The position numbers were made by a program, and so were the translations under genes. This document shows positions 38,866 to 49,953 of a DNA stretch of 64,000 bases, in pieces. Each line of letters begins with the position of its first letter. Position 1 is the stretch's first letter. The notes under the pieces are model-generated. The model saw only the letters and a list, made by a program, of their open reading frames with translations. It was not told the origin of the DNA and made no database searches. Source of the stretch: Clostridia bacterium (lineage in GTDB: Bacteria; Bacillota; Clostridia; TANB77; CAG-508); assembly GCA_017510245.1 (NCBI GenBank), contig JAFWNQ010000014.1:26499-90498 (forward strand), in the 5' to 3' direction.

Positions 38866-39474
38866 TTAATCTGAAATATTTAAACTACTTGTAATAAATT
38901 CTTCCACTCCATCATTATTATACTGATTATTTATTTCCTGTTTTTGTTCTTCACTAAGTTCTAACCAATATTGATTGTATTTTGGCCAAACAGTTATTGA
39001 ATCTAGTGGATATCCTGGGTTTCTTTTTTCACATGGTGTATCTGTAAAGTAAAATCCATCTTTACTCCAAGTATGTTCATATGTATTCTTTTCATCATAA
39101 AGCACCATTCCATAAACCCATTTAGAGTCTAATCTTCCACCATATTCTTTAGCCATATTAGTATAATAATCTATCATCTCATCATCATCTAGTTCTTTTC
39201 CATTAATTCTTCTTACATGAGTTCCTGGTTGTTTTTCATCAGGTAAATTCTCTATGTATAAATTATCATCTAGTCCAACTGTTATCATACCTGTTGCTTC
39301 ATAGTAAGCTTTTGCTTTTATTGTTGCATTTTCTATAGCATTATTTCCTGATTCATCTATATCCAAATCAATATTTAAATCCCTAATTGATATGATTTCT
39401 ATTCCATATGGTTCCAATTTTTTTGAATATTTCTTTATTTTTGCAGGATTTTTAGTTGCAAATAGTATTTTCAT
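38866..39474 (-). CDS. Ham1/RdgB-like non-canonical purine NTP pyrophosphatase family protein
   Basis: The start MKILFATKNPAKIKKY and overall layout resemble the Maf/Ham1 superfamily. Weaker match further on. Confidence 0.5.
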   Translation of the reverse strand: MKILFATKNPAKIKKYSKKLEPYGIEIISIRDLNIDLDIDESGNNAIENATIKAKAYYEATGMITVGLDDNLYIENLPDEKQPGTHVRRINGKELDDDEMIDYYTNMAKEYGGRLDSKWVYGMVLYDEKNTYEHTWSKDGFYFTDTPCEKRNPGYPLDSITVWPKYNQYWLELSEEQKQEINNQYNNDGVEEFITSSLNISD

Positions 39475-39555
39475 TTTTACTCCTTGTTATATTCTTATGA
39501 ATCACACAATGATTCTCTATGATTTTTATGAGTACACAGTATTATTACTTCAGTT

Positions 39556-41751
39556 CTATTTAGTACGTTTAACATCATAAACACTGTCAACTTTTCCAAT
39601 TTCTCTAACAACTTTATTTAATAAACTAACGTTGTTAACTTCTATTGTCATTTCTATTGTTGCTATTTTTTCTCTATTCGCTCTTGCTGAAATAGCTATA
39701 AGCTTAGCATCTGTGTTTGATACAACCTTCATTACATCTGCAAGTAAACCATCTCTGTCATTAGCTTGTACCGTAATATCTGCAGTATATGTACTTGATT
39801 CTTGTCCATCCCAATGAACTTCAATCATTCTACCTTCATCTTTAATTAAATCTTTAACATTTATGCAATTACTTCTGTGTACAGTTACTCCTCTTCCTCT
39901 AGTGATGTACCCAACTATTTCGTCTCCTGGAACAGGATTACAACACTTAGATAGTTTAACTAAACAATTTTCTATTCCTTTAACTACAATGCCCGTTTTT
40001 GATGAATTCTTTTTTCTTGCAGTATGTAGTTTTTCTATTTTTTCATCAACATCAATTTTTTCCTTGTTAAACTTTCTATATTCTTCAAGTGTTTTAGCTA
40101 TTATTTTTCCTTGGCCTATTGATCCAAATCCAACCGCTGCATACATATCTTCTAATGTTTTAAATCTGTATCTCTTTAAAGCAGATTGATAGTATTTTTC
40201 GGTAAATAACTCATCATAAGTCATTCCAATACGCTTAATTTCTTTTTCTATTAAATCTTTTCCTTTTTCAATGTTCTTGCTTCTGTCATGTTTTTTAAAC
40301 CATTGCAATATTTTAGTTTTTGCGTTAGAACTTTTTACAAATCTTAGCCAGTCTCTGCTAGGACCTTTTGAATTATCATTTGTCGCAATCTCTACAATAT
40401 CTCCATTCTTAAGTTTTGTAATTATTGGCATCATTTTACTATTAATCTTGCATCCTACCATTCTGTTACCAATCTCAGCATGAATCAAATAAGCAAAATC
40501 TATTGGTGTACTTCCTTTTGGCAATGTTTTTATCTCTCCTTTTGGAGTAAATACATAAACTTCATCTTCAAATAATTCTGTTTTCAATGTATCCATAAAT
40601 TCTTGAGGATCTTGCATATCTTTTTGCCATTCCAAGCTTTCACGAAGCCACGCTAATTTATCATCTGAAACTTTTACATTAGTCTTTTTTCCTCTCAAAA
40701 AACTTTGTTCTTTGTAAGCCCAATGTGCTGCAATACCAAATTCAGCTATTCTATGCATGTTGTATGTACGAATTTGTACTTCGAATGGTGTTCCTTTTTT
40801 TCCTATTAATGTTGTATGTAGTGATTGATACATATTAGGTTTTGGTACAGCAATATAATCTTTAAATCTTCCTGGCATTGGAGTATATAATTCATGTACA
40901 ACTCCTAATGCTGCATAACAGTCTTTTACTGAATTAACTAAAATTCTAAGTGCAAATAAATCATATATTTGGTCTAATGTTTTATTATCTCTCTGCATTT
41001 TTCTATAAATAGAGTATAAATGTTTTGCTCTTCCAGTAACTTCAGCAATTATGTGATTTTTCCTAAGATTAAGCTTAATCTCATCCATTATTTGGTCAAT
41101 AAACTTTAATCTTTCTTCTCTCTTTTTGTCTATACCTGCAACTATTTCTCTGTACTCTTCTGGATATAAATACTTAAAAGATAAATCTTCTAATTCCCAT
41201 TTTAGTGAATAAACTCCGAGTCTATTAGCTAATGGCGCATATAGTTCAAGAGTTTCATGTGATATAGCCAATTGCCTGTCTCTTTTTAAATACTTTAGTG
41301 TTCTCATATTGTGTAATCTATCTGATAATTTAATGAGTATTACTCTAATATCTTTTCCCATAGCTAAAAACATTTTTCTATAGTTTTCAACTTGCTGTTC
41401 TTCACCACTTTCAAAATTAATCTGTTTTAACTTTGTTACTCCATTAACCATTTCAGCTATTTCTTTGCTAAACTCAGATTCTATGTCTTCATAAGTAACA
41501 TCAGTGTCTTCAACTAAGTCATGCATTAGTGCAGCACAAATAGTTTCATCATCAAGACCTAAGTCAGCTAAAGTGTAAGCTACTTCAATAGGGTGAATTA
41601 TATATGGCTCACCAGATTTTCTTTTTTGATCACCATGATGCTGATATGCATATTCATATGCTCTTTTTATTAACTTTACATCACATCTTTTATTATGACT
41701 TTTTGCTGTTTGAATTACATCATTTATTGTTCTTTCCTTACTCTTTGTCAT
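39556..41751 (-). CDS. relA: Bifunctional (p)ppGpp synthetase/hydrolase RelA/SpoT
   Basis: HD hydrolase motif (HPIEVA...HDLVEDT), synthetase domain, TGS and ACT domains. 731 aa. Confidence 0.95.
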   Translation of the reverse strand: MTKSKERTINDVIQTAKSHNKRCDVKLIKRAYEYAYQHHGDQKRKSGEPYIIHPIEVAYTLADLGLDDETICAALMHDLVEDTDVTYEDIESEFSKEIAEMVNGVTKLKQINFESGEEQQVENYRKMFLAMGKDIRVILIKLSDRLHNMRTLKYLKRDRQLAISHETLELYAPLANRLGVYSLKWELEDLSFKYLYPEEYREIVAGIDKKREERLKFIDQIMDEIKLNLRKNHIIAEVTGRAKHLYSIYRKMQRDNKTLDQIYDLFALRILVNSVKDCYAALGVVHELYTPMPGRFKDYIAVPKPNMYQSLHTTLIGKKGTPFEVQIRTYNMHRIAEFGIAAHWAYKEQSFLRGKKTNVKVSDDKLAWLRESLEWQKDMQDPQEFMDTLKTELFEDEVYVFTPKGEIKTLPKGSTPIDFAYLIHAEIGNRMVGCKINSKMMPIITKLKNGDIVEIATNDNSKGPSRDWLRFVKSSNAKTKILQWFKKHDRSKNIEKGKDLIEKEIKRIGMTYDELFTEKYYQSALKRYRFKTLEDMYAAVGFGSIGQGKIIAKTLEEYRKFNKEKIDVDEKIEKLHTARKKNSSKTGIVVKGIENCLVKLSKCCNPVPGDEIVGYITRGRGVTVHRSNCINVKDLIKDEGRMIEVHWDGQESSTYTADITVQANDRDGLLADVMKVVSNTDAKLIAISARANREKIATIEMTIEVNNVSLLNKVVREIGKVDSVYDVKRTK

Positions 41752-41773
41752 ATCTAATCCCCCCTTTTACTTA

Positions 41774-43468
41774 TTATATAGCCTTTCTTACATCTGTTAT
41801 TACCATTTGTATTGTTTCTTTGTTGTTAAAACTGTTTATTCCTATATTTCCTACAATATCAATTTTATCATCTATTTGGTATTGTTGTGCCAAATCACCT
41901 AAATTAAATCCTATTGCCTCCATGTTTACATTTTCGTTTTGCAAGCTCATTTTTATATGTTTACCTTCAGACAATGTTCTTATTGCATTGATTTTTAAGT
42001 TCTTATATAAAACTAATGGTTCAAAATTTGATTCTCCAAAAGGTTCCAATAATCCTATCTGTTTTATGTCTTCAAAACTAATGTCTTTATTAGTTATTTC
42101 TTCATCTATTTCAATTACTCGCTGCATCATATCATTAGATATATTTTTATTTGCATAGTCTTCAAATTCTTTTTTGAATTTTTCATAATCTTTTGCTTTT
42201 AGCGAAAGTCCTACAGCCATTCCATGACCGCCATAATTTGTTAGGTGTTTGCTACATTTTTCTACTGCTTGATGTAAGTCAAATCCAGGGATACTTCTTC
42301 CTGAGCCTCTCATTTCTTCTCCCTCAATACAAAGTAATAAACTAGGCTTAAAGAAACTGTCTGTTATCTTAGATGAAACAATTCCTATAATTCCATGATG
42401 CCACTCTTCTTTCGCTAAAATCAAACATTTCTTATCAATTTCATTATTAGCCATATCAAATGCTTGTTTATATATTTTTTTTTCTATTTCTTGTCTTTTC
42501 CTATTGAAATTTTCTAGTTTTCTCGCTAATTCTTGAGCCTTTCGAGGGTCTTCTGTCAAAAACAATTCTAACGCATCCTCATGATGTCCCATCCTTCCAC
42601 AAGCATTTATCCTTGGTGAAATTCCGAATGATATTGCTGTTGCATCTATTTTCTTTATTCCGCTAATTCTAATTAATTCTCTTATTCCTGTATTTCTTTG
42701 TTGTTCTACAAGCATCATTCCTAGTTTAGAAATAACTCTATTTTCATCAACAAGTGGTACTATGTCTGAAATTGTACCTATGCAAGCAAAATCAAGATAT
42801 TTCAAGCAAATGTTCTCATTAATATCAAGTTTTTGAGATAGTGCCTGTGTAAGCTTAAAAGCCACACCACATCCAGCTAATTCTCGAAATTTATAATTGT
42901 TGTCTTTTCTTTTGCAATCTACAACTGCAATTGCTTTTGGAATTTCTTCTCCAGGTTCATGATGATCTGTTATAATTACATCAATTCCAAGTTCTTTAGC
43001 CAATTCCGTTTCTTTTATACCTGTTATTCCACAATCAACTGTTATTATAAGATTATACCCTTTTTTCGCAATAGATTTTATTGCATTTTCATTCATTCCA
43101 TAGCCTTCTGTAAGTCTATTGGGAATATATACATCAACATTTACATCAATTTCTTTCAAAAATCTTTTTAGAATTGTTGAACTAGTGATTCCGTCTGCAT
43201 CATAGTCTCCATAAATAATTATTTTTTCTTTATTTTCAATTGCTTTTATAATTCTTTCTACAGCTTTATCCATATCAGGCATTTCAAATGGATTTCCAAA
43301 GCTATCTCTAGTTGGATTTAAAAATTCTTCTATCTTTTTATCATTGTCTATTCCCTTTGAAGCAAGAATATTCGAAACAATTCTACTTAATTTATAATTT
43401 TTTTGTATTTTTTCTGATTTTTTTATTAGTTTATCTGTTTTCTCTTTTATTCTCCATATTTTGCTCAT
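41774..43468 (-). CDS. recJ: Single-stranded-DNA-specific exonuclease RecJ
   Basis: DHH motifs (IYGDYDADGITS, DCG, ITDHH) and DHHA1 (GGHGMAVG). Confidence 0.93.
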   Translation of the reverse strand: MSKIWRIKEKTDKLIKKSEKIQKNYKLSRIVSNILASKGIDNDKKIEEFLNPTRDSFGNPFEMPDMDKAVERIIKAIENKEKIIIYGDYDADGITSSTILKRFLKEIDVNVDVYIPNRLTEGYGMNENAIKSIAKKGYNLIITVDCGITGIKETELAKELGIDVIITDHHEPGEEIPKAIAVVDCKRKDNNYKFRELAGCGVAFKLTQALSQKLDINENICLKYLDFACIGTISDIVPLVDENRVISKLGMMLVEQQRNTGIRELIRISGIKKIDATAISFGISPRINACGRMGHHEDALELFLTEDPRKAQELARKLENFNRKRQEIEKKIYKQAFDMANNEIDKKCLILAKEEWHHGIIGIVSSKITDSFFKPSLLLCIEGEEMRGSGRSIPGFDLHQAVEKCSKHLTNYGGHGMAVGLSLKAKDYEKFKKEFEDYANKNISNDMMQRVIEIDEEITNKDISFEDIKQIGLLEPFGESNFEPLVLYKNLKINAIRTLSEGKHIKMSLQNENVNMEAIGFNLGDLAQQYQIDDKIDIVGNIGINSFNNKETIQMVITDVRKAI

Positions 43469-43617
43469 ATGTTTCTCCTATTATATAAAAAAACAATATT
43501 GCTATAATTCTATACCTTTTTGGGTATTTTAGCAATATTATTTTTGTATCTTCTTCTCATTTTGAACTATTACATATATATTTACATTTTATACCGTTAT
43601 TTGTAATAGTTAATTAA

Positions 43618-44133
43618 CTAATCAAAATTTTGCATATTAATTTTTGTATAATTTCCAGGATATCTGAATATAATTTGTCCTGAAGCATTCTCGAATCCAC
43701 CAACATAATAAATAGTCCTAGATTCTCCGTTTATTATGTATACATCATCATCTGTTGCATCCAAGTCACCATAATTTCTCTTACCAAAATTAAGTGCTTC
43801 CATTTTAGACTCTACTTTACCAAACAAGTCACTACTTAACTGATTTGCATTTATTATATAATAAGTATCTCCATCATTTTGATTATCACAAAAACTAGTA
43901 TCTCCATTATACACATCACCTATTGTTGATATGCTCTTATCAGATGGATAAACTTGAGAAACTGTTTCTGATAAAATAGTAAAGTCATCTTTAAACTTTG
44001 TAATTCTATTTAATGCTATTATATCATTTATTTTTAATGCTGTTGGAATACTAATTAGTCCTAAAACTATTACAGTTATAACTAAGACAATTAGTGTAAT
44101 ACCTTTTTCATTTTTAATCTTTTGCATAATCAT
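43618..44133 (-). CDS. Small prepilin-like (Glu5-less) protein
   Basis: MIMQKIKNEKG-ITLIVLVITVIVLGLISIP followed by a ~130-aa soluble domain. Confidence 0.6.
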   Translation of the reverse strand: MIMQKIKNEKGITLIVLVITVIVLGLISIPTALKINDIIALNRITKFKDDFTILSETVSQVYPSDKSISTIGDVYNGDTSFCDNQNDGDTYYIINANQLSSDLFGKVESKMEALNFGKRNYGDLDATDDDVYIINGESRTIYYVGGFENASGQIIFRYPGNYTKINMQNFD

Positions 44134-44143
44134 TTTTCCTCTT

Positions 44144-44461
44144 TTAATCTTCTCTATCTTTTTCCTTACTAGCTTCTTTTCTAGATTTTTTTGCTATTAA
44201 GTCTTCGCTTTTTTTATCTCTGCTAACATCAACTACAGCCTTTTTTCTTTTTGACTTTTTTGAAAAATTTAAAGAATAGCTCTTTTCCATTTCATCAACT
44301 TCAGCCATAGCTTTTTTTAAGTCTGCTAGCTCAGTTCTACTTATATCAGCATTATTGAATTCATTAAAATCAATTTCGTCAACATCGTATTCTCCGAGTT
44401 GTTTATATGATGTTTTAATGTATGAGAATATGTTGCCTAATTTTGTATTTACCGTTCCCAT
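44144..44461 (-). CDS. Hypothetical highly charged protein
   Basis: 105-aa ORF ending 10 nt upstream of the small prepilin-like gene. Lys/Glu-rich tail. Confidence 0.45.
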   Translation of the reverse strand: MGTVNTKLGNIFSYIKTSYKQLGEYDVDEIDFNEFNNADISRTELADLKKAMAEVDEMEKSYSLNFSKKSKRKKAVVDVSRDKKSEDLIAKKSRKEASKEKDRED

Positions 44462-44621
44462 CTTTAGGAAGTCTCCTCTCTATATTTATAAAAATACATC
44501 TTTTATTATAACATAAATCTCTATAAAATGCAATAGTTTTTGTTGACATAATTTAAAAGCTTATCTTTTATTCTTCTAGTTTAATTTTACCATTAATATA
44601 AACATACTGTCAATTAGTTTT

Positions 44622-45302
44622 TTAAGCTTTTATACTATTTACAGCTTTGAAAATCTTTTCTTTCATATTGATTTGTTTTTGCGTTTTTATTGCTATAATC
44701 CACAGATATATAACACCCATTAGAATTACTACATTTTTATAATAATAAATCAGTAAACTGCATATAGCTGTTAGAATAGACAAACTAGACCATGTTACAT
44801 TTTTGGTAATTGTATAGCTCTTTTGTAATCCCTTAAAAATATGAGATACGTCCTTAACAATTTTACCTCCATCCATCGGATAAATAGGAATTAAATTAAA
44901 AATAGCAATTATTAAATTAGAATAAATAATGTTTGTAAATATATTTATATTTAAACTATTTAATTTTACCAAAAAACTTAATAAACAAATGATAATCATA
45001 TTTGTCAAGGGTCCAGCTAAAGCTAACACTATTCTTTTTACATTTACTAAACTTCCATGAAATATTTTTTTATTATAATCATTATAGTTTATTTTAAAAC
45101 TTAAACTTAACCCAAAAGGTGAAATCTCTATTTTTTTAGGCTTAAATCCCATTATTAATCCACATATCAAATGTCCTAGTTCATGAATTATTCCAAATGC
45201 TATTAATATCATATATGAATTAATATTCCTTGCTATACTAAAAATAATAATAAAAATAAATATTTTTAAATCAACAATTACATTCATATAATTCCCTTCC
45301 AT
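44622..45302 (-). CDS. M50 site-2 protease family (SpoIVFB-like) membrane metalloprotease
   Basis: HELGH zinc motif inside a TM helix, downstream NLIPIYPMDGG motif, multiple TM helices. Confidence 0.8.
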   Translation of the reverse strand: MEGNYMNVIVDLKIFIFIIIFSIARNINSYMILIAFGIIHELGHLICGLIMGFKPKKIEISPFGLSLSFKINYNDYNKKIFHGSLVNVKRIVLALAGPLTNMIIICLLSFLVKLNSLNINIFTNIIYSNLIIAIFNLIPIYPMDGGKIVKDVSHIFKGLQKSYTITKNVTWSSLSILTAICSLLIYYYKNVVILMGVIYLWIIAIKTQKQINMKEKIFKAVNSIKA

Positions 45303-45305
45303 TTC

Positions 45306-46154
45306 TTACTCTAAGTTCAGAATCTGCTCTGGATTAACTGTTGCATTATTCCTTCTAATCTCAAAATGTAAATGCGGTCCTGTTGATTTTCCTGTAGCTC
45401 CAACCTTTGCAATTAGTTTTCCTTGCTCAACATAATCTCCTTGATTCACTAAAATTTCACTGCAGTGTGCATATAAGGTGCTAATTTCTCCATTTGTAAT
45501 TACAACATGTTGACCATAATCTCCTTCTGCTGATACTAGACTAACTGTTCCTTCCATTGATGCAATTATATTTGTTCCAGTTGATGCGCCAATGTCAACA
45601 CCTCCATGATTTGAAGAAATAATATCATTTCCCTCTCTCTCTCCATATTTTGATGTTATTATTCCTTCAACTGGCTTAATAAAGCTAGCATTGTTTTTTA
45701 TATAATCACTATCGCTTTCATTTTCACTAGTTTGAGTTTCTTCTACTCCTCCCATTCCATCTTGCTCTTCCTTATTATTAGTTTCTTCATTATTCTCCTG
45801 TTCTTTTTCTACAGATTCTTCATTATTCTCCTGTTCTTTTTCTACAGATTCTTCATTATTTTTTGTATTTTCTTCCATAAAACTTTTTACTATTTCATTA
45901 ATATCAAAATAGATTTTTTGAAAATCTGTATCTCTTGAAATTACAGGTTTTATAAGTTCCATTGCATAACTATGATTCTGTGATAAATAATAGATTACTC
46001 CAAATATACAAATACTCACTATTATTTGTATAAATGTTTTATTTAGAAAACTTATACTACTTTTTTTTCTACTATTTATATTATTAGCAGGTATTCTACT
46101 TCCCCTTCTTTCAGCAATCTCCTTAGCTCTTCTAATTTTATCTTCTTCACTCAT
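45306..46154 (-). CDS. M23 (LytM) family peptidase with N-terminal TM and acidic repeat linker
   Basis: HGGVDIGASTGTNI...GATGKSTGPHLHFEIR. Start placed at ATG 46152-46154 after AAGGAGACC. The ORF-track extension contains an in-frame CGG and is rejected. Confidence 0.85.
   Translation of the reverse strand: MSEEDKIRRAKEIAERRGSRIPANNINSRKKSSISFLNKTFIQIIVSICIFGVIYYLSQNHSYAMELIKPVISRDTDFQKIYFDINEIVKSFMEENTKNNEESVEKEQENNEESVEKEQENNEETNNKEEQDGMGGVEETQTSENESDSDYIKNNASFIKPVEGIITSKYGEREGNDIISSNHGGVDIGASTGTNIIASMEGTVSLVSAEGDYGQHVVITNGEISTLYAHCSEILVNQGDYVEQGKLIAKVGATGKSTGPHLHFEIRRNNATVNPEQILNLE
45785..45860. repeat. Perfect 33-nt tandem repeat (2.3 copies) inside the M23 gene
   Basis: Unit CTTCATTATTCTCCTGTTCTTTTTCTACAGATT encodes NNEESVEKEQE repeats. 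Confidence 0.9.
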
Positions 46155-46289
46155 ATAGGTCTCCTTTATGGAGCACGCTGTACTCCGGTACATTTTTTTA
46201 CATTGTTTTAAAACAAAACTATTTCACTTTATAATTCTATATAAAAAGACAGACATATTTAAATATATGTCCGTCTTTTTATTTTATTA

Positions 46290-47483
46290 CTATTTATTAA
46301 CTTGTACTTTTCCATATACTCCGCCACCGCCGGCTCTAATTTGCAATTTGCCTTTTCTTGCTTGTTCTATTACCTCAGCAAGTTTTAGTCCAACTACCGC
46401 TTCAATATCATCTTTTGACACTTTATTTAAAATAGTCATCTCTGTTCCAAATGCATTAATTAGTTTTTCTATGGCTTTGTTACCTACACCTGGAATAAAC
46501 TGCAAAGGCGTTTGATAAATATATTCTGGTCTAAATGAAGGGCTTTTTGACTCTTGGTCTTTTACAATTTCAATTCTATCATAAACCCCCATAGTTATAT
46601 TAGTTCCTCCACATTTGTCACATTTTAGAGCAGGAGGATCTGTTTCGATTGGTTTATTACAGTCTTCGCAAAAACTTCTGTTATATTTTCCAAGTTTAGG
46701 ATCTAGTCCATAATTTGAAATAATCTTTCTACCATCTTCCATTTTAATGGCTTTTATTATTTCTTTATAATTAATGTTTTCTACTAATAGTTTATTGTAT
46801 TCTCTCGCTATCTTAGGAAGTGAATGTGCATCTGAATTTGTAATAAAGTTTTTGTTTGATAATTCTGAGATTTCATCTGCAATATATGTGTCAGAACTTA
46901 GTCCTAACTCTATAGCAAAAATTCTTTCATATTTTTCTTTAAATATTCTTTCCAATCTTTCTGTACAATTTCCATAATAGCTTTTATATGGGGTGAATGC
47001 ATGTGCTGGAATTAATACTCCATTATACTTTTCTGCTATGTCTATCAGTTCATAACCTGATACATTAGACCTTTGAGTGCTTAAAGTTATGTTTTTTATA
47101 TGATTTGACATTTCACGTGAAAAAGCTTTTATATCTCTTAAATGTGGAAAATAGCAAAGATTGTGAGCACTTCCTTTTCTCCCATCTTCTCTAATCTCCG
47201 AAGTTTCAACTTCACTACCAAGAATAATACAAACCCTATCTTTATAGATTATTCCTCCATCTTCTAATTCAAAAGCTTCACCATTTTTTAAAAAGTTTTC
47301 AATGTCTTCAATTACATAAGGTGATGCACAATCAATTACCCCAACAACATCGATACCTTTTCTTTCATAACATTCTTTTGCTATATTTGCAAAATTCAAA
47401 GATCTTGCTCCTGTTATCTTGACTGGTTTTCCACTTTCGCTTCTTCCTATGTGTACATGTAAATCTGCATAAATTTGATTCAT
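46290..47483 (-). CDS. Endonuclease Q (TIGR00375) family protein
   Basis: PHP-like start MNQIYADLHVHIGRS, Zn-ribbon CEDCNKP...CDKCGG. Start at ATG 47481-47483 after AGGAAGGGG. Confidence 0.75.
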   Translation of the reverse strand: MNQIYADLHVHIGRSESGKPVKITGARSLNFANIAKECYERKGIDVVGVIDCASPYVIEDIENFLKNGEAFELEDGGIIYKDRVCIILGSEVETSEIREDGRKGSAHNLCYFPHLRDIKAFSREMSNHIKNITLSTQRSNVSGYELIDIAEKYNGVLIPAHAFTPYKSYYGNCTERLERIFKEKYERIFAIELGLSSDTYIADEISELSNKNFITNSDAHSLPKIAREYNKLLVENINYKEIIKAIKMEDGRKIISNYGLDPKLGKYNRSFCEDCNKPIETDPPALKCDKCGGTNITMGVYDRIEIVKDQESKSPSFRPEYIYQTPLQFIPGVGNKAIEKLINAFGTEMTILNKVSKDDIEAVVGLKLAEVIEQARKGKLQIRAGGGGVYGKVQVNK

Positions 47484-47547
47484 ATTACCCCTTCCTAATA
47501 AAAAGGTCAAAGTATTCTTCTTTAACCTTTCTACAATTAATTATATA

Positions 47548-47865
47548 TTATCTATCCATTTCAACATCGTCTATGTTTAGCATTCTTTCATCACCATCTT
47601 GATTTAAATATGGTGTATCTCCTTGTCCAGTTATTACAGCATCCGAATCAAATGCAGTTTCTCTATAATCATTATTTATTGCATCTTTAATAGTTCTAGC
47701 ATCAACTACAGAAGGTGTTGGATCGTCTCCCTCTTCTATTTCTTTTCCTGTATTTGTATAGTGATCTGTTTCAACATCAACACTATTTGCCCAACGAACT
47801 ACGTTCTCCGGTCTAGCTATATTTCCATCATTTGCTTCCTTTATAATTTTTTCTAAGATATTCAT
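47548..47865 (-). CDS. Hypothetical acidic protein
   Basis: 105-aa ORF, no recognised family. Confidence 0.45.
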   Translation of the reverse strand: MNILEKIIKEANDGNIARPENVVRWANSVDVETDHYTNTGKEIEEGDDPTPSVVDARTIKDAINNDYRETAFDSDAVITGQGDTPYLNQDGDERMLNIDDVEMDR

Positions 47866-47880
47866 ATTATTCCTCCACTA

Positions 47881-48441
47881 TTATACTTCCACTTTTTGTA
47901 GGAAATTAATAAAATTAACAAACTGTGGTAATAATTTATTATTTTTATCTTTTAAGTTTCTAAATTGCAATAAAACTAATGCCTCATCTGGAGCAAATCC
48001 AACTCTTTCTGGTCTATCTAATAGCATTCCTCCAAATTGGTCAGCTAACTCCAATATATCACTTTCGATCGCTCTATTTTCTTGTATAGCATATCTATTT
48101 ACACCCTCACAAATCTTACAGAATCTATCATCAAATCCCAATGATGATAAGTATTCTGCGCCTTTTGTTGCATAGCTTTTTATTTCTTCAATATTTGTAG
48201 AGTTTTCAACCTTTAAACAATCACATAATAATCTTGCAGTAATAACTACATTCTCATCTACTTTTACTTCAGGATTATTACTTTTCAAATAATCTAAAAA
48301 CATCTTAGTTATTAATGTTTTAAAAATTACAGAATTATTGTAGTAAATTCCCGTTTTCTTTTTTAAGTAGTACATTATTTCTAGCTTTTTACCCCAATCC
48401 TTTTCGTTTAAAATGTAATCAGCAAATGATTCATTTTCCAT
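47881..48441 (-). CDS. Hypothetical protein
   Basis: 186-aa ORF, no recognised family. Confidence 0.45.
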   Translation of the reverse strand: MENESFADYILNEKDWGKKLEIMYYLKKKTGIYYNNSVIFKTLITKMFLDYLKSNNPEVKVDENVVITARLLCDCLKVENSTNIEEIKSYATKGAEYLSSLGFDDRFCKICEGVNRYAIQENRAIESDILELADQFGGMLLDRPERVGFAPDEALVLLQFRNLKDKNNKLLPQFVNFINFLQKVEV

Positions 48442-48576
48442 AATACTATACGTTCCTTTCTTTAGTTAACTAGCTCTATTCTTGTATTTGTATTATATTA
48501 TAATAAGTAATATATATTCAATAACGATTCATAAATTTAATGTTTTTGTAATATTTTTGTAATGTATTTGTAATAT

Positions 48577-49791
48577 TTATTTTACAGCTATACACATAGT
48601 ATAATCTAATCCTGAACATGAATTCTTTTTGTATGCAACTGTATATATATCTGTAGCATTTATATCAATTTCCAGCATCCTTCTATAGCGTCTGTTGTTA
48701 TTTGATTGTTCAAACTTTTTAACTGATGTAATTACATTATTATTTTCAATTCTAGAAATAATTTTTTTTCCTTTATTATTAAACCCTATAACTCTAATGT
48801 ATGGCATAACTTTATACGAAGTATCCATATCTTGCTTTGTAATTCCAAGTAAAGCATAAATCAAGATTCTTTGTATTTTTGTTTTAGTATATCTTTTTGA
48901 ATTAATCATATTAATTAGTTCTTGAATACTATTAGTTTTTGCAACAGAAGATTTTATCAAATTCTCTAATCCCTCTGACACTTCAGGTAAATTAGCTATT
49001 TCTGATTTTGTCATTGTTCTTAATTTGTATATAATTAAGCTAGAAAAATCAGATAAGTCCTTAGTATATGTTCCGTTATTAATATTATCCACTAATATGC
49101 TAAAAGTCGAACTTGGTACTACTTTTGTAATATCATCAAATTGATTTCTCGATAGTAGATATCTTATTCCTGTACTACTTGCAAATTCATCTATTATCTT
49201 TTTACTATGATAAAAAACTTTTTCTCTTTTAATTCCTACAGGTATTATATTTGCTTTGTTTCTTTTTATTGCTTTTAAATATTCAATTGCTAATATATTA
49301 TTTGATCCTTTAATTACTTCTTTATACTTTTCGTCTTTTAAATAATTAATCAATGCATTCTGCCTAGCTTTTGGAAAAGAATTTCCTATTTTTAATTCTT
49401 CTTTTAGTAATGTTTTATATTCATCAGGTTCGCTTTCTAAAACTTTAGCAATATTATTTAAATCTGCTATATTTGAAGTTTCCATTCCAAAAGAAATATG
49501 AGTTACGCCTAATTGTTTAAATATTTTTATTGCACCATCTGCAAAGTTTTCTGCACTCGAAATACTATATAAAGTTGGTAATTCTATTACTAAATCCACA
49601 TTTGCATTTAAGGCCATTCTAGCCTTTTCCCATTTATTTACTATTGAAGTATTACCTCTTTGAGTAAAATTTCCCGTCATAACGGCAACAACATATTCTG
49701 CATTTGTCCTTTCCTTTGCATTTTGTATATGATATAAATGCCCATTATGCAATGGATTATATTCCGCAACTATTCCTAATATATTGGCCAA
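48577..49791 (-). CDS. tmcAL: tRNA(Met) cytidine acetate ligase TmcAL (UPF0348/YlbM)
   Basis: GIVAEYNPLHNGHLYHI nucleotidyltransferase motif. ~400 aa, typical for the family. Confidence 0.85.
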   Translation of the reverse strand: MANILGIVAEYNPLHNGHLYHIQNAKERTNAEYVVAVMTGNFTQRGNTSIVNKWEKARMALNANVDLVIELPTLYSISSAENFADGAIKIFKQLGVTHISFGMETSNIADLNNIAKVLESEPDEYKTLLKEELKIGNSFPKARQNALINYLKDEKYKEVIKGSNNILAIEYLKAIKRNKANIIPVGIKREKVFYHSKKIIDEFASSTGIRYLLSRNQFDDITKVVPSSTFSILVDNINNGTYTKDLSDFSSLIIYKLRTMTKSEIANLPEVSEGLENLIKSSVAKTNSIQELINMINSKRYTKTKIQRILIYALLGITKQDMDTSYKVMPYIRVIGFNNKGKKIISRIENNNVITSVKKFEQSNNNRRYRRMLEIDINATDIYTVAYKKNSCSGLDYTMCIAVK

Positions 49792-49953
49792 AAGTACACC
49801 TCCTATTGAAAAAAATTGGTTTTGTTGTTATAATATCACAAAAGAAAAAAATTATCAATTCTATTTGTCAAAAGGGGCGTCCTTTTTGACAGACAGATAC
49901 CAAAAGGGGTACTCATTATTTTTGATTCTTGTACCTATTGGTAGATTGAAAGG

